A model generated the notes under the pieces. The model did no database searches. It was not told the DNA's origin and saw nothing but the letters and a program-made list of their open reading frames with translations. DNA of 52,358 nt, the filler included, from Catajapyx aquilonaris (lineage: Eukaryota): assembly GCA_000934665.2 (NCBI GenBank). It is 3 parts of 3 records of this genome, joined end to end, with 100 filler letters (N's around TTAATTAATTAA, not from the genome) between each part and the next. Parts side by side here need not be neighbours in the genome. Positions count along the whole stretch, not along the records: positions 17,406 to 34,700 come from JYFJ02006978.1; 2 more parts are not named here. One strand, 5' to 3'. The position numbers were made by a program, and so were the translations under genes. Below are positions 19,656-34,700 of this stretch, in pieces. Each line of letters starts with the position of its first letter. Positions within the stretch are counted from its first letter, which is position 1.

Positions 19656-21075
19656 CGGCGTTTGCATTTATTTAGTAAAGAGCCCTCTTTACTTTAAAAA
19701 ATTTGCAAATGATTGCAATTTAGGATTTCCATCTTAAAGTGAGATAGGACATTTAAGCCATGATTCACTCAATATGACTTAACCCATACCTATTTACTCG
19801 TAATAATTCATGCGAATTTCTCGTTGTTCCTTCCTGGCAACCGATTGATCTGACCTTGTTGGTTGAAGGCAACAGCTGGCAGGTAATATTGGGCTATCCC
19901 GCCACGTGTAACTTCAACTTGCACCACATGAATGCTCCGCAAAATGTGGGCCACTGCTTCCCCATAATTGTAATTAAAATTAAATGTGAACTCGTGCGTC
20001 CCGTGGAAAAACGCGCCCTCTCCAAAATCAAAGCCCGGAATGATATGGCAAAAGGCGCGCGGGTTCTCTGAATGCCCGACTTTAAAATTATTCCGCCCCA
20101 ATAAAACAGCCTGTGAGTTACCTTATGTAACGAGGGAGTGCAGTATTATTACCATTAAAGCTCGCTATCCGACAACCGACCAAATTGCTACAATAATTTT
20201 GCCCCGATTCGTTATCAACTCCTGCAGTGTGCGTTTGTGCAATGAAATTAGCATCTTCGGAGTTTGCAAAAAGGTCATCCCCCCCAGTAAATTACGATTA
20301 TCGTAGTTTACTGCAATTTTGTACGACTCTGTGAAGCGGATAAGGACGCGTCTTATATACTCGCATCGTCATCAAATGATGCTTATAATCAAACAGGGCA
20401 CTGTATCCCAACACAAAAAGCCATATTGATCTCGTTTCCCATGTGCAGAAAAATGGTAATGAAAAATGCATAAAAAAGGAAGACTGACACGTCAGCTAAT
20501 TGTTTTCCAGGTAATTAATACTGTATAAACGTCCATTGAACTAATCCGGAATCCATACACGCCCCGGTTATTATGTGCTTTGCTAAGCTTTATCGCTTTC
20601 AGATTATCCGGACAAGCAATCGCATCAAAGTCCATATTAATGAGAAAAATCCCGATGCCTTCAGGATCACTGTCAAGCTTGACCCTATTTTATGTATTAA
20701 AAGCATAATAATCTGTGTTTTAATAAAAACACACACACAAAAATCCTCCTGATAGCTTTGGTAATCTCCCCCCTTTCCATCTCCTTTTGTTTTTCCCCCC
20801 CTATAATTTTTTGTTAAAAAAAATGAAATGAAATCGACAGTGGTTGAACAATATTTCCCCTCTTTCAGATAAGGAAGTTTTTTTTAAAAAAAAAAAAAAA
20901 AAGCACGGTGTATTCCCCTCCTCTTATATCTCTTTCAGAATTCGTAAACCATTCAGGAGGAGGGATGGACCGAATCAAATTCGACGAGCGACGCAGATTT
21001 AGGCTTTATCGCATAACCTTTTACGCCGGGTGTAATCGCTGAGTCGGCTGTAAAAGCGGTGCTATCAGCTCCATT

Positions 21076-21160
21076 ATTGGAACTTGAAGGCACTGGCACG
21101 TGACGTTACAGGGGCGGCCCAGGGGCGGCTTATATAGCCCCCATCTCTCTCTCTCTCTCT
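21076..21160 (+). promoter_or_regulatory. Promoter-like motif cluster
   Basis: ATTGG (21076-21080), CACGTG overlapping TGACGT (21097-21106), two GGGGCGG boxes (21111 and 21122), TATATAG (21131-21137) and a (CT)n tract. Confidence 0.35.
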
Positions 21161-24100
21161 CGAGAAGAAAAAAAAAATTGGCTGCAACTCATCCATATTA
21201 CTTAGGCTGTCGAGTGGACGTTGGACTCGTGCTGGCTTTTCGCCTCGACAACCCTTCACTTTTGGGCTGCCTGGGGATGGAGGACCTACAAATTACTCTG
21301 GCGGAAGCGATCCGTGGCATTTGACCCGTACCATCGCTTCCGGCATCGTGGCCAAATATTCCAGAAATTCAAGGAGAAAAAAATAATGCGCATTTGTTAT
21401 ACGTCAGAACGTTCGAGCTGACCATCAGCAAATTCCTCCACTAATTAGTTGAACAATGCAAGCTACTGCTTGAAGGAAAATTTTCCAACACATTTGCTGG
21501 CGACATATCGTACATATATACGAATATATGTCAGACCGCAGAGCTTCCCGCAAAATATCCTGTACGCTCACTTCTGTTGGGGTAACCTTTTGTGCCTCCT
21601 CTATTAACTGTGGGTAATTCACGATTCTGCGTGCGACGCCCGTCTATTTGGCCCCAAAAAGCTACATGTAAATCTAATGCCAGCCGCTTTCTTTGTGCAC
21701 ACCGACTGCAAAAGCCCGCCAGCCCCCCAACCAGAAAAAAAGGAGCCCGGTTCCAACTCCACACAACTCTGGCCAATGAAAGTTGCACGCCATCCGCCAC
21801 GTAAAATGGCGAAACCTACGTTCGCTAAATCATTTTTGCTTCTCTAACACAGGGTGTTTTCTAACGATTCAAAGTGCCTTGTAGTGCAGGAATCAGCAAT
21901 ATTGCTGAATCTATATAGGATACAACCCTATCGATTAGGCAGATTCCTCCTGTTGTAGCAAGCAGAGTTTTGGCGAGAAAGTCTGGGAGCATCGGAGAGC
22001 CGAAATGCTGGTCGGAATTGGGCTGCGATTCAGAGCAAATGTTGCTGCGGCGATAAGGGACAATGGGCAACCTTGGCCCACAAGACAAAGGACTGGGAGA
22101 AAAGCCCTAGTGTTCCTGCTGGGGGTAGGGGGGCGACTCGTTACTTGGGACCGTGGATGAAAATGGAACCGAGTCCATTATTGTGAGACCGGGCAGCAAG
22201 CAAGGAGAGGCCCTGGCCGAAAATAGGCCGTATCGTAATAGGCTGGGGCGGTTTCAATTAGGCAAATGCAGGTAGACAAAGGTTCCCAAGCGGCTGCTGT
22301 GGGAGGGGGGGGCAGAGCTGGACCCAGGCTTGCCTAATTTGTGCAAAGTGCTGGGGGCCAAGGCGCTCCTCTCGCTTGGTTTCTCTTCTCCAGGAAGCCT
22401 GCCAAGAATATTGCCGGAAGTCATTTCCGAGCGTCGCCAAGGAATGGAAATGATTATGGTTCCTCCTCCAAAACTCTTCCTCCTTTTATTTTAACCCATC
22501 CTATACCTTATATACCCACCAACACACTTCTTATCTTCTTTCCGGAGGGCCAATTCATGGGGAGGATTGCTTCCTATACGCCCTCACACTTTCCATCTTT
22601 TCCGCCAGATCGTTACTTCGACCAACTAACCTTTTAATTGGTTGCAGCCGAGTTATATGCGGTAACCACAATCCACCAGTTGTTGGATGAAATTTTTTTT
22701 GGAACTAATTTTCTGCTAATTGTGATGGACGCCGTGTTAATAATAAAGGAGCACAGAGGGTGTCCTGGACAGGTTACCAGAATATGCAGGCTAGAAACTA
22801 GTGTCTCTATAGTTGGGACAACAGGAAAATAGGACTGATTAATCGCACCTATTTGGGTCGCCTTTTTTTGATCCTGTCATTAGTCAGTATCCAGCTGGCC
22901 ATGAAATTGGCTCAACCTAAAAGGATTGGTCCTAGGCTAACCTCACGAGGCACGATCGCTTTAATTCAACAGCACACACAGGATTATAGTTAACTTGATT
23001 TCACACGTGCAGCAGATTCTGTCCACACACGATTGATTCCTTAATCGATAAACAATATTTCGGGGGGGACAGGCGTCAGGCCTTTTGACCGCGTCACAAG
23101 CTGTTATTAGCAGGCCCAAAAACCGGGTGCTTTACACGGATTCTCTAGTTGAAAAGCCGGTGCTTTATGGTTCGACCAACTGAACCCAGAGGGGTCCATG
23201 GGACGTTGATGGAGTGGCGCAATTTGTGGGGGGTACAGGGGGGGGGGGAGCGCAATTAATTTCGGCTCTTAAATCGGTAGAGAAATTCATCATTCTAGGT
23301 GGGGAGGGCGGTCCAGATAATGGTCAAAAGTTATTACTTTTCCAATCATCGTCGCTAACCAGAAGGGTGGGAACAGAAAATCCCCCTTTTGAGAAATTCG
23401 CCAAGACATATTTGGACAGGTCACAATATTTTGCACATTCGGCTTGAATGGGAGTTGTGGTGAGCAAATTGAACGCTATTAATATATGGCGGGTGAGGTT
23501 ATTGCGGGGCTCATAGGTAAATGGGACAGCACAGGAGTAATTTATCAAACAACAAGGGCTGTGCTTTTATTTTTAGGGAACCTTGCATTATCATTTCATC
23601 ACTGAACCGGTAATGCTGTTAATTAGCTTGAAAATGAGTAGAGCAACAATATTTCAAGCAATTTGCATAGATTGCCATGGGCCCCTTATTTTTAAATCAA
23701 CATGTTTTTCATCTCTGCAAGATGAGAGGCGTGGTGCGCTTTGAAGACTGTGCACGGCGTCAGTGCCAACTTTAAAAAAACGCAATTTCTAGTTCTATTA
23801 TTTATGCAGCTGTTTTTCACGCGCTATGAATTTTCAGCTCTCTGTGACCTAATATTCGACACAAGACTGCCAGTTATAACTACTAAATTGCGTTAAGTTC
23901 ATAGCATTGCCAACTTCCAACCTTGGAAACATGTGGCTCAAAATATTAAACTTATGGACAAAGCCTAACCGCCTCCAACGCTTACACACATACTAAAACC
24001 AAGCACACTTCGCAAATACGCGGTCTCCTAAAATATATATGTCCTCCGCAGCAGTATTCTGCACAAAACGCTGCCACAATTCATTGGAGCGGTTCCATAA

Positions 24101-27100
24101 AGTAATAACCAGATTTTGAATATTGCAACCAGGCAGCAGGGTTGACGAATCGCTCTCTCCATTTTTCATTGCTCTCTATTTTTTATTTTATGCGGGCAGG
24201 TGACTGCTTCAGTCCACAGTTCAACAGCAGGATTGTTGACCTCCCCCAAATAATTCGCACATAATCGTCACTGTAATAATCTAAGCCGTTTGGAAGAAAT
24301 TGAGCCCACATCACACCATTGGTTCTCTTCGAACCGGTTGTCTGGAAGGAACCATCTGTACAGATGTTGGGTGCAGCAAGCATCTCTCCTAGTGCACTCT
24401 GCCCCCCCCCCACCCTCTTATTGTGAGAATCACTTGAAGTATGTGCTTGCAGAGAGTGCTCGTACCAGGTAGTTGAAAGGGAGGGGGGAAGTCCCGCAAT
24501 TGTGATTGGACTCCCCTTCCCTTCCCAACCCTCTACCCAGCTGACAGTTCCGAGATTGAACCCGGGCCTGGGTCTTGATGAAAGACCCGGTCCTCGCCGC
24601 GACCTATCTCTCAGCTGAATGAACCCCCATCCGTCTCTTGAAGGCAACCCCCCCCCCCCTCTTTCCACCCTCTGGGTCATCAATATCAGGGTCACAAAAT
24701 CAGAATGGTTTCAGTGCCGGTCTCCGCCAATCATTTGTTCGGCCCTTTGCTCGCTGAAATGCATTAATCTAAATGTCGCGCCTATTTCCTCCCCAAGCAA
24801 AACCCAGCCGCCGCCTCCTTACTCCGAGAGAAAAATGTGAGCGGAAATAAAAGAACCATCTCCCTGGCGGAGTTTCCGGACTGTTGCCTCTGACACGAGT
24901 CGGCTGGACATGGTGACATACGACCAGAGGCCTGCTAACCCTTTTCTGGGGGGAGAGGCCCCCACTGGAAAGAATAAAAAAAAAAGGAGCGCAAAGGGAA
25001 GAAGCTTTTCTCCCCTTGCTTTCTCCATGCTCCTCCAGGACATCAGTCACTGTCTTCGGTGTCTTTCACCCCCTTCATCCTGTCTCCTCGCTTTCTCTTG
25101 CACGTCTAACCAACGTCGCGAGCACGTTCCTAGCTTTACCTTACGATACCACCCAGCTACCCACCCCCCCACTACCAAAGTTCAATTCCCTGGATGCGAA
25201 CAGCAGTGGCCCTGAGCCAGTTTTTATCTCCGAAATGGATCTCTTGTGCTTGCGACACACAGCAAAATCGGGCTTTATATATCTCGCAGTGATCGTTGCA
25301 TAATGTCCGGCTGAACGCTAAATAAGATATGGCTAGCCGGAGTTATATGCCTGGTTTGCTTGCTGCTGGGGAGAGATAAAAAGTGTTGGTGGACAGGTGC
25401 CTCGTATAGTGATGGCATGTTATATGTACTCGACGGATAAAATGTTCAAAAATGAGAAAAATGTTCAATTAGTGTAATAACAATATAAGCGAATATAATG
25501 TTTGTACCCAGCCCCATCAGTGCATCCCGCATGTGTGATAATAGTGTACAGCATTTGCTTCATTATAATAATATGCAATTGAAATTCAACATGTGACGGC
25601 CAACATGGCATAAAATAATATTCAACCCCTGCATCTCAATTTTCTCATTATGAGACACGTCAAACTATACGTACATTTTTTGTGTGAACTATTTCAGTTG
25701 TTTCGTTGCGTACTTCCTTCTTTTTTAAACAAAAAAAACAGTCTGCACAATGGAAAATTTCATAATGCAACCGCTGCCATTACCAACAGCCTTGCGTGAG
25801 ATACGCCCATTAGTTTCTGACACATTGCTCTAGCCGTTACTGCCCCCTGTAATAACATTAATTTCACGCAAAATACACAGAGGGGTATATCATACAAACT
25901 TAGAATGCACTTTTTTATCTTTTTTTATCATTTTCCCAAATGGCCTAGTTTTCTTTTCGCAGGGCGAGGTCGCACAACACAAGCTGCAAGGTTGTACTGA
26001 AAATTGCACCAAAAGTACGGAGGTAGAGTGTCGCATGCCAACCCAGCATCTTTGTGTGCTGTCTGAAACACTGCATTTTTTTAAAAAAAATATTGCGACC
26101 ATGCTTCAGAAAGTTCGTAGCTGGAGCGGCTGTCACTGTATAATGAGAAGCACCGCGAAATAACGAGCTCATCACTTGATGGGCAGAAATAAATTTTTTT
26201 TTTGGGGGGGGTGGGAATGTATTGTGCTGTACTCGTGCTGCTTTGCGGATTACGTAAGGCATGTTACATCTCTCATTACACATCTCACTCGAAGAAAACC
26301 TCAGCCATGCGCTTGTGGCTTGGCTAACAATTTACTGTTTTTGGCCCGTGAGCTGCAATGGATCGGATAACACTATGGAGAATGTCAAATGGACACTTGT
26401 CACAAAACATGTGTCGGCTTTCATTCGATAAAAACCTAGCTGACAACACAGTCACACTAATGGCCCTTCATGTTGCTTCGACGTTCATAAGAGTGTGTCA
26501 TGAAGCCCTTAACACTATTGAAACAATCAAGTAATCCTCACTCTGAGCATGATGTCCTCGCAATTACAAAGGCTCGTGTTATATCAAATGCGCCTTGACT
26601 TAGAGCATGTACGGTTATTTTAATTGGATGTATATACACTGAAATTTATAGCTGCAGAGGCCGTGCTATGCTGATAATTATGTTACCAACAACATCGCAT
26701 AATAATCAACGCCATACATACATGTCAGCATGCTTTATAATTACAAACTAATCACGTTACGTGTAGACTACAAAATTAATCATGATAGCACGTAACCGCG
26801 GAATTATTCGTAAAAAAATATTTTAAACACTGACTCTTAAATTTCAAGATAAAAAGTATAATAATGGGACTCGTTCATGTGCGAATTTTTTTAAATGCAA
26901 TTCCGCATAGTTGCCCCATAAAAATGTCAGCCTCTGAAAGTGACCTACTTCGCAAAGAGTGGACATAATTTCCCCGCGGAATATAATCATATTTTAACAT
27001 TCACAGCCGGGGGAAAATAATTGGCCTCCTACCCTGCTAAGTAGGACGCTGCAAGCTTGAAGCTAAAATGTTACTTGTGCAAACATTTCACAGCTCATTT

Positions 27101-28380
27101 TTTTGGAGAGAAAAAATTAATCCCAAAAAACTGCAGGCAGCTTTTAGCAAAAAGGCCTGCATACTTCTCAAGTGTTTAATTAAATAGAGCAGAACGCATT
27201 GGATTGTTTACTCCAGCAACCATCATTTTCCGGGTTGTAAAATCTGGTGAAAATTGTGCCGTCTTCCCGCTGTAATTTTCGATTTATAAACCCTTTATTA
27301 GCCGCAATTCTTGAAAACCCGCGAAACATGTGCGAGATAGACATGACGCTCATTAACGTTTCCTTGCTTGACTTTGGAGACTCTTTGCATTTAATCATGA
27401 TATCACGAAACTAGAGCAGGTTTTCGCACAAAGGGAGGCTGTTGTGCTGGCCATAATCTGACCGCACTTTAATACCACTGTAATGCGTTTTGTCCCTTTT
27501 TAGCTTTTGGGGAATACCCCGCCGCATTAATAAGTAATCTTGGCTTCAAGGATCCAGAGCACAGCGCGCAGCACACACACATGCTGCTTGTTCCACATGG
27601 GAGTTTAAATGGAGGAAAATCCTTTGATCTTAGTGCATTTACTGATCTGTGGGAGGCTGCTGGGAATCCTTTGTAACGTCAGTACGTCGCACGTTAAGCC
27701 CGGAGCCTGGATGGAAAGAGTAGGACGGTCGCTCGCGTATACGGAAAACTATACATCGATTTTCTGGTCCTGGCTCTATCCTGTAACACTCTTCGGGTGG
27801 GAGGAAACCTTGCATTTCTCACATGTCTACATGGTCACCAAACTCCCCCTATATGCCCATATCCACTGTACTTGCATGAAGCCTCACTCTGTGGCGCTTA
27901 AAAAGTGACACCAAGTGAGAGTAGTCATTCCGCTTACCCTTGAAAAGTAACATGAAGTATGAGACAAGTTCATCGAGTCCCTGCAGAAATCCTCGTTTTC
28001 CTTGGGGGTGGGGAGGGGGTTTCAATTATTTCCACTCGGTGACACTTTTCTTGCAAGTTCGACCCTTTTAAAAGCTGGCAGACACAGAACTGGTTTCAGA
28101 ACCGTTAACTTGCTGTGGCGTGCCATTGTCGCAAATTATTCATTCGATTAACTCTTCCAAACTATCCGGGCTATACGCTCTTTAAAGTGCCGGTGCACCA
28201 TGCAACTCTCAAATGTTAATCAACTTGCGGCAACTTAGGGTGTGCATTTACAATCAGGCTAACCACGTTTCGTCGTGCTCAGAGATTATTTTTAGACTCG
28301 GTTTTCTTGCTCAAACTCGCGTCGTTTCTGACTTACACTTTGGTTATCATGGCAACGCGGGTTTCCATAGTATCAACAAT

Positions 28381-28500
28381 TATTAGACCTTTTTCTCATA
28401 AAAAGTAGTCTTATAGAACGGCTCTGTCCGTCCGTCTGTCTGTCTGTCTGTGGACAGGTATCAGTGCCTAAACCGCAGGAGATAATGACAAACGGTCATT
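28381..28500 (+). mobile_element. Helentron/DINE-1-like (HINE) 5' fragment
   Basis: TTAGACCTTTT..AAAAAGTAGTCTTATAG self-inverted end followed by a (GTCC/GTCT)n microsatellite, the characteristic HINE layout. Confidence 0.5.
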
Positions 28501-31500
28501 GTTGTTCAGTTAGAATCGTATCGTATCGTATTCAACAACATTGTCAGGCTCATTTCCCGCTGCCCAATGATAAATAGTCTACTCGAATCACGCTCTCGTG
28601 ATTTGACAACCTTGTTATAGCCTGCTGTATGACTATGGAAACAGGCAGTACGAAGAACGGTTTCCGCTGCTAGTAATAATGAAAACACCATATTACGACA
28701 TTTTCCCCCCATCATAAGAGTGTAAGAAGGAGACGCAAGTTAATTAGTAACGGCAGGGTGAGCCAGAAATTCAGTTCATCCAGCCAGCAATGAAGCGTAT
28801 TTCAAAGTCCCACATGTCCAGGCAAAAGTCCGTGTGGGGGTGGACAGCAGGAGAGAAGAGTTCTTGCAGGCCTTAATTTGAAAGTCCGTCGCTAATCAAG
28901 GGCCGGCTTAATTGGCAGGGCGTTTCTTGGGCGGCCTCCATTAAGAGCGTCGGAGACCTCATCTGCATGGCGCCGACCTGTGTGGGTGGGTGGGTGGGTG
29001 GAGGACGTTCTGGTCCTCCCATAAGACCTCCTCGATAGCCTTCGCCTCTAGGCCTCCTCTGCCACACACCATCCCCACTTCGATGCCACCACTGCCTTTT
29101 CCTTAATGAGTCTCCCCTCTCGCTCTTCATTTGCATGAATTAGCCGCCTCGGATTCGGGGTCGCCACCTTTCGGGGTCTCAGGCCTCGTAAACGCCTCCC
29201 GAGGAACCTCGTCTGGACCCTGCCACCAATTCGATGCGGAAAATCCAATCCAGATTTGCAATCCCAAACGTTGACCCCCCCTTTTTTTTACGAACTCCTA
29301 TAGGGAACGTTTTCTCCACTTTCCGTCGAACTTTATGTCGAAGGATGAGTGACATCACGGATTACATCAGCTCTCCCTCCCAATAAAAATGGAGACCTCC
29401 AAAAAAACGCATCTAATATCAACGTGGTCTCTTTTTTTTGCAATTTCTAGTGAACCCCTTGCCAAAACTGCCCTGGGCTCCGACTTTCCACGTAGTATCA
29501 TACTCCACGCACAGATGGCGCAACCTCTCTGCACACTACTGCCACTCTCATGTCGTGCGAAGATTAGTGACACTACAAGCACACCTAGAGATGTGATGAC
29601 TGACCCCGGACAAACACAACATCCTTTTTCCAAAAAAAAAATGGGGAGGCACAAAACTTGGGTGTCGCAACCTGACATCCCACGAATCAATCGCAGTATC
29701 AATCTTCATTAGCCCAGATTTTTGATTAAATGATCTTAATGANCCCCGAAGTACACAACATTTAATACTGAATGGTTGGTTATGTGGAGCGTGAACAAGT
29801 AACTATCAACATAAAACCCGGAACGTGATTGCCAAACGAGACCGGAAATCGGAACAAATAACGTGAAATTTGCTGTGGAACAGAGAGAGAGGGAAAAAAA
29901 ATATTGGTGGCGCAGTTAGGCGGTGCTTTGGGTGCACCGATGGTAAATAACGCTGCAGTTTTGTGATTTTAAGCGGTCGGATCGGGTTTTGTCCCCTAGT
30001 TTGATTTTCAACACGTTCAATGCGATTGCAGGGCCGGTGAAATTAATCATGCCGAGTATATACCACCCCCTATGGTCATACCCCCAAAAAATTAATTACT
30101 CTCACTACTTGTTACTACACGTCAAATAAAGAGGCTGTCATTTATTATTCTCAAATTTATTAAATGGCGTTTTGCACTGGGAGCGTTTTGCGAAAATGTA
30201 ATGAGATGTACTAGCCTCGTACTTCAACTGTAATTAATTTTAGGCACGTACACATTGTGTCAGGGTATCAGAAATTAGCCAGAAGCTTAGGGAAGGTGAG
30301 CATGCGGAGAATTAAAATTAAAACTAGGCGCTTGAAAGCAAATATAATACGGTACGTGTAAGGATGAAAAATGCAACGCACTGCAGACTATATAAGCTCA
30401 GTATCCGTACCTAAGTTGCAAGTTGAATGAGCAAACAAAAACACTATTATATATGATTGGAAACACGGGCATGATGCGAAACAATTCCAAGACTAAAGAT
30501 GAAATTTTAATAAGGATGGATAAGGCTTACCACAAGATTGGAGTGACTGTGCCTCAGGCTGCTAATTTTTCCTAGAGCTTTTTGTAGCTCCCAATAACAT
30601 TTTAAGAATAAAGAGATGTACACTACAGAGATTATGGAAAGTGCCGTATTTTGCTGCTTTTAAAAATATAATCCTTCAAAGCGTTCCTCAAATATTGATT
30701 TAACAATTCATCATACTTTGTATGCTTGGCTCAAAATAATGCAATGCGTGTATTACTGCACTGTATACAGTCTCTTCTGAGCAAGCTTAGTTTCTATAGG
30801 TACTGCGCAGGCTCTACTACAGTATTTTCTCAGTGTTTGTTTTACTGGCCTACCTGTCACGACTTTCTCAAACGTAGCCTCAAATACAATTACTTCTCAT
30901 TCCTATACCATCCCTACTTGTAACAAATCCAAGTACACTTTTTTAAAGGTCCCATTGACCTACTTCGCGAGTTTCATTTGATGACTCCCCAACGTACACT
31001 AATGTGTACCCTCCCCCCCCCCCCCAAAAAAAAATCACTCTTNTCACTCTTACCAGCATCAGAGGAGCACCCTGATCCAGGACAAACACGCATTAAAGTA
31101 ATGAGCACAACCCATCCATCGATTGGGCTGGCTTCGTCTTAATCACTTACAAGCGCCTCAAAGATCAGTGCAAATTAGTAGTGGCTGTCGTAGGAGGAGG
31201 GTGGCGGAAATTGGACATGAAAATCCCCAGTTCCTGTGGGCCAGACAGCAGCGACGTCGGCGGAGTTGTCAGCAGACGACGAAGAGAGAAAGGTGGGTGG
31301 TGGGGGCCTTCCCTAATCAGTTTGCTAGCCGATGCGGCAGCTACCGACAAGCGAACACAATGGGAAGGTAATGAGGAAGACCAACAGGGCATATAATTGA
31401 ATTTGAAACACAAACACATACCCGTCCTTTCATTTGGACTTGGTGTGGCGGAAGGGAAGTTAGCAGCGACTGGGAGAGGCTGGAAGTGGGGGGGGGCTAA

Positions 31501-34500
31501 ATCAAGTGTGTAAACGTGAAGTAAAGGCGACGTTTTCTTGCGTCGATATTTGCGCTTCGTGCGGAGATAACAACCGTTGAGGTCCATTTGCAATTCTAGA
31601 ATTTTCTCCTGTCCGGTTGACCCCCTCCTCCTGCTCTCCCGCGAGTGGCTTATTGATCCCTCAGGCATCGATCAGCAGACAACACGGGCCAGATTGTTTA
31701 CCTCCCTGGGCGACGTCGACTTGCTGAAACATACCTCCTTTTGCCATCGCCTAGTGTCTGGAATGGCGCTTCCATTTTCCCTCTCTCCACATCTCTCATG
31801 GCGTCCCTGGAGGAGCTTTCCCCCACCACTCTTCCCTCCCTCCCTCCTAGCTTTTTATGGCCCCGCAAAGATTGTCCTGTATTATTTATAGGGCGGGAGA
31901 TGAGCATGGAGAAGCTGGCCCCACGTCTCGAATTGCTAAAGAACCTCGTGCACTCCTCCCCATGCATACAGACGCCCCCGTATTTTTTTTTCTTTTTTGG
32001 AAAAGGACGTTGCGCGCAAACTCCATCTTGGAGCTCCGACCAGGTGGCATCAATCACGCCTTGGCTCGATGCAAATGGGCAGCTGGGACACACACTTAAA
32101 TGAAGCCCCCAGAATGATTTGGGTGTCGCCCAGACAGTCTTGAGCAGGCAGCAGATAGCAGAATAGTTCCTGTGAAGTGTGTTTGAGGATCGGGGCGGGT
32201 TGGATGGAGAGGCCTTCCAGTAGAGCCCTGGCTGGGGCTGGGCAAAGGCTTCCATTTCCATTCGATTCCCATGTGGCTTACCAGTAGCCGCCGCCGAGCA
32301 ACTCTGGCCAGACCGGAAAGGGAGACCACACTGGCGTAATGGAGGAACTTTGGCAGCCTCTTTCAAGCCCCCGTCCTGCTTGATAACGATACTTTGTTCC
32401 CCCTAAGGATTCATCTCAACGACCTCTGGGCCCTCCGATGCTGCCAGCGCACGACTTCCTCTCCCCCCCTCCCTCCTCCCCGCACCCTCCCCTCCTCTCT
32501 ATCCTACTTCCAAGATAGCCCGCAGAGTACACAACTACATTTGCCGGAGCCTGGCACACAAGTGCAGGATCAGATTTTTAAAACACTGGCAACGTTGCGT
32601 GCCCTGCATCCTACCCAATCAGTTCCTCTCTTCTCCTCGAGTCCTCACTTTTTTTTTTCCTTGGTTATCCCAGGCCATACGGGACCGGTTGCAAGTGGGG
32701 GTTAAATTTTAATTTTGGGTTGAATGTAGGCCTGTTGCTTCTAAAACTAACCTGCGCACCATATTTATTATTTAAGTGTTGCCGTAAGGTACAGTAGGTT
32801 AGGTCACGACAAAATAAAAACTACAAAGTGTTTTTTTGTAAGTTCGATACTGTGCTGTAGGTCGCTGAGTAACCTTTTAAAAAATATTATATTGGCATCC
32901 TTACAAACGCACCAACTGCAGTGCTTTTCTTGTGGAAACAGTTGGAAGACTTCGAGAGAAAAAGTATGGGACCCTAGACACTACTACCCGAGGACATCAA
33001 GATGCGCTTCGAGTACGTATCTGCGTCATCTCGAATGCACATAATTTGTCACAACCCACAGGGCCTGCAGAGACACATGACAAATTTCCCACCGAGTTAT
33101 ACCCCCTCCTCCCGACTCTCCCTTCTCAAGTTCCATAACTGGAAATTGTGGTTTCCACATGTTCCAGGAAATAAGCCATAAAAATCTTCCCCGCACAGGG
33201 TGAGACTACGCATAATGCATATTATCAAGATGTCGGGCTAATAGCGGACTTGTCCTGTGTAAACCATATATGCCCACCACGATTTGACTACCTCATTGGC
33301 ACACTATCAATAAATCAGACAACGAGGGTGGGAATGCAACTTCCCTCACTGTTATCATTTTCGGGAGATATGTAATCCAGGGGAGCGGCAGTTATAACTC
33401 CGGGGGAAAAGCGCTCTCATTTTCGCATAAATAATAATTTTCCCCCCGTCCCCCCGTCCCCCCACCACCATTCTCCCCTCTCTGGAGATGTAGTGAGGAG
33501 GGGCGGGTTAATTGCCGCTTTGGACGGCATTACGCAAGTACGGGTCGTCAACAGGGTCAGACGGGGGTGGGGTTGCGGGTTATGGTTAGACAGGGAGGGA
33601 GTCGACAAACCCAGCAATTTACAACCGGGTTTTTTTTTCGCAAACTGAAAGTGGTTGCGCAGTACTGACAGCGCAAGACGGTGACTTACGACTTCCAGCT
33701 TAATCAAAACAGGGGGTTCTCTCCCCCTATATAGATCCCGTACCGTAAAAATGGCTATCTGGCCGTGTTACCACGTTCGCACAGTAGTATTATTATTCTC
33801 TCTCCGCCCGACTTTTTCCTTGATTGGTGCCCATTTTCGGGGGTGTCATGTGCGCCTGAGAAATTGCGGCATTTACCGCCAGTTCATTGGGAGGGTTGTG
33901 TGCTCCATCGGATGCGGCGAAACAGAGTCATGGCTGCCAGATCCGGAACTATTTCGCCCAGATTGCTTCGGGTCCCTGGAGGGAATTATTGGTCATGATA
34001 CCAGGGGTCTAATCGATCCTTTACACACTCTTGATGTTTCAAAAAAAATGGGGAGGTGGGGGGGGAATGTAGCTGGTTTTATAGTCGTGAAATTGCAGGT
34101 AATTCGCATTTTTTTTTGCACAACAGCATCCACTGGCGCTATTAATGTTAGGGGCGGTGTAGTAACAGGTGGTTTAAATTCAGATGCTGTGCTTTAACAG
34201 CCGCCTAGTTAAATATTTAGAAGGTGTTTGTACAGTTCTGCTCATTAACAATGTAGCGTAGTGTACCGTAATATATTCTAACGTCATTAGCCTGAAGAGA
34301 CGGAAAATATTCATGACTCTTAAGGCGCCATAATTTTTTTTAGGTAGGCTACCGGCACATGAATACCAGGTAATATAGCCCAATTATTTTGTTCTCTTTT
34401 TTTCACCAGTAAGCTACAGTTGTCACTTCATAACACCATGTTTTGTCTAATCGTAACATTAAAATATAATTAATCCTCTAATTAACTTTTACCAAGGGTT

Positions 34501-34700
34501 GTCTTATCCTGTTTTATCCTTGGATCGCTACTTCCCGTTGAGCAGAAGAGCCTAATGGGTAGCTCTGAATAGTAAGGATGAACGTCGAGTTTCCAATTGT
34601 TTCACATAGCGTACTGTACTGTAGCCTAGTACAGTATACGACATATAGTTTCATACACCCCGCAAACGAGCTTTATCCTGGCTATCCTAAGCAACCCACA

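Noticed and set aside
31698..32366. 222-aa minus-strand ORF
   Set aside because: Non-ATG start, homopolymer-derived Lys run, no domain and no coherent splice structure. Consistent with a chance ORF in GC-richer DNA.
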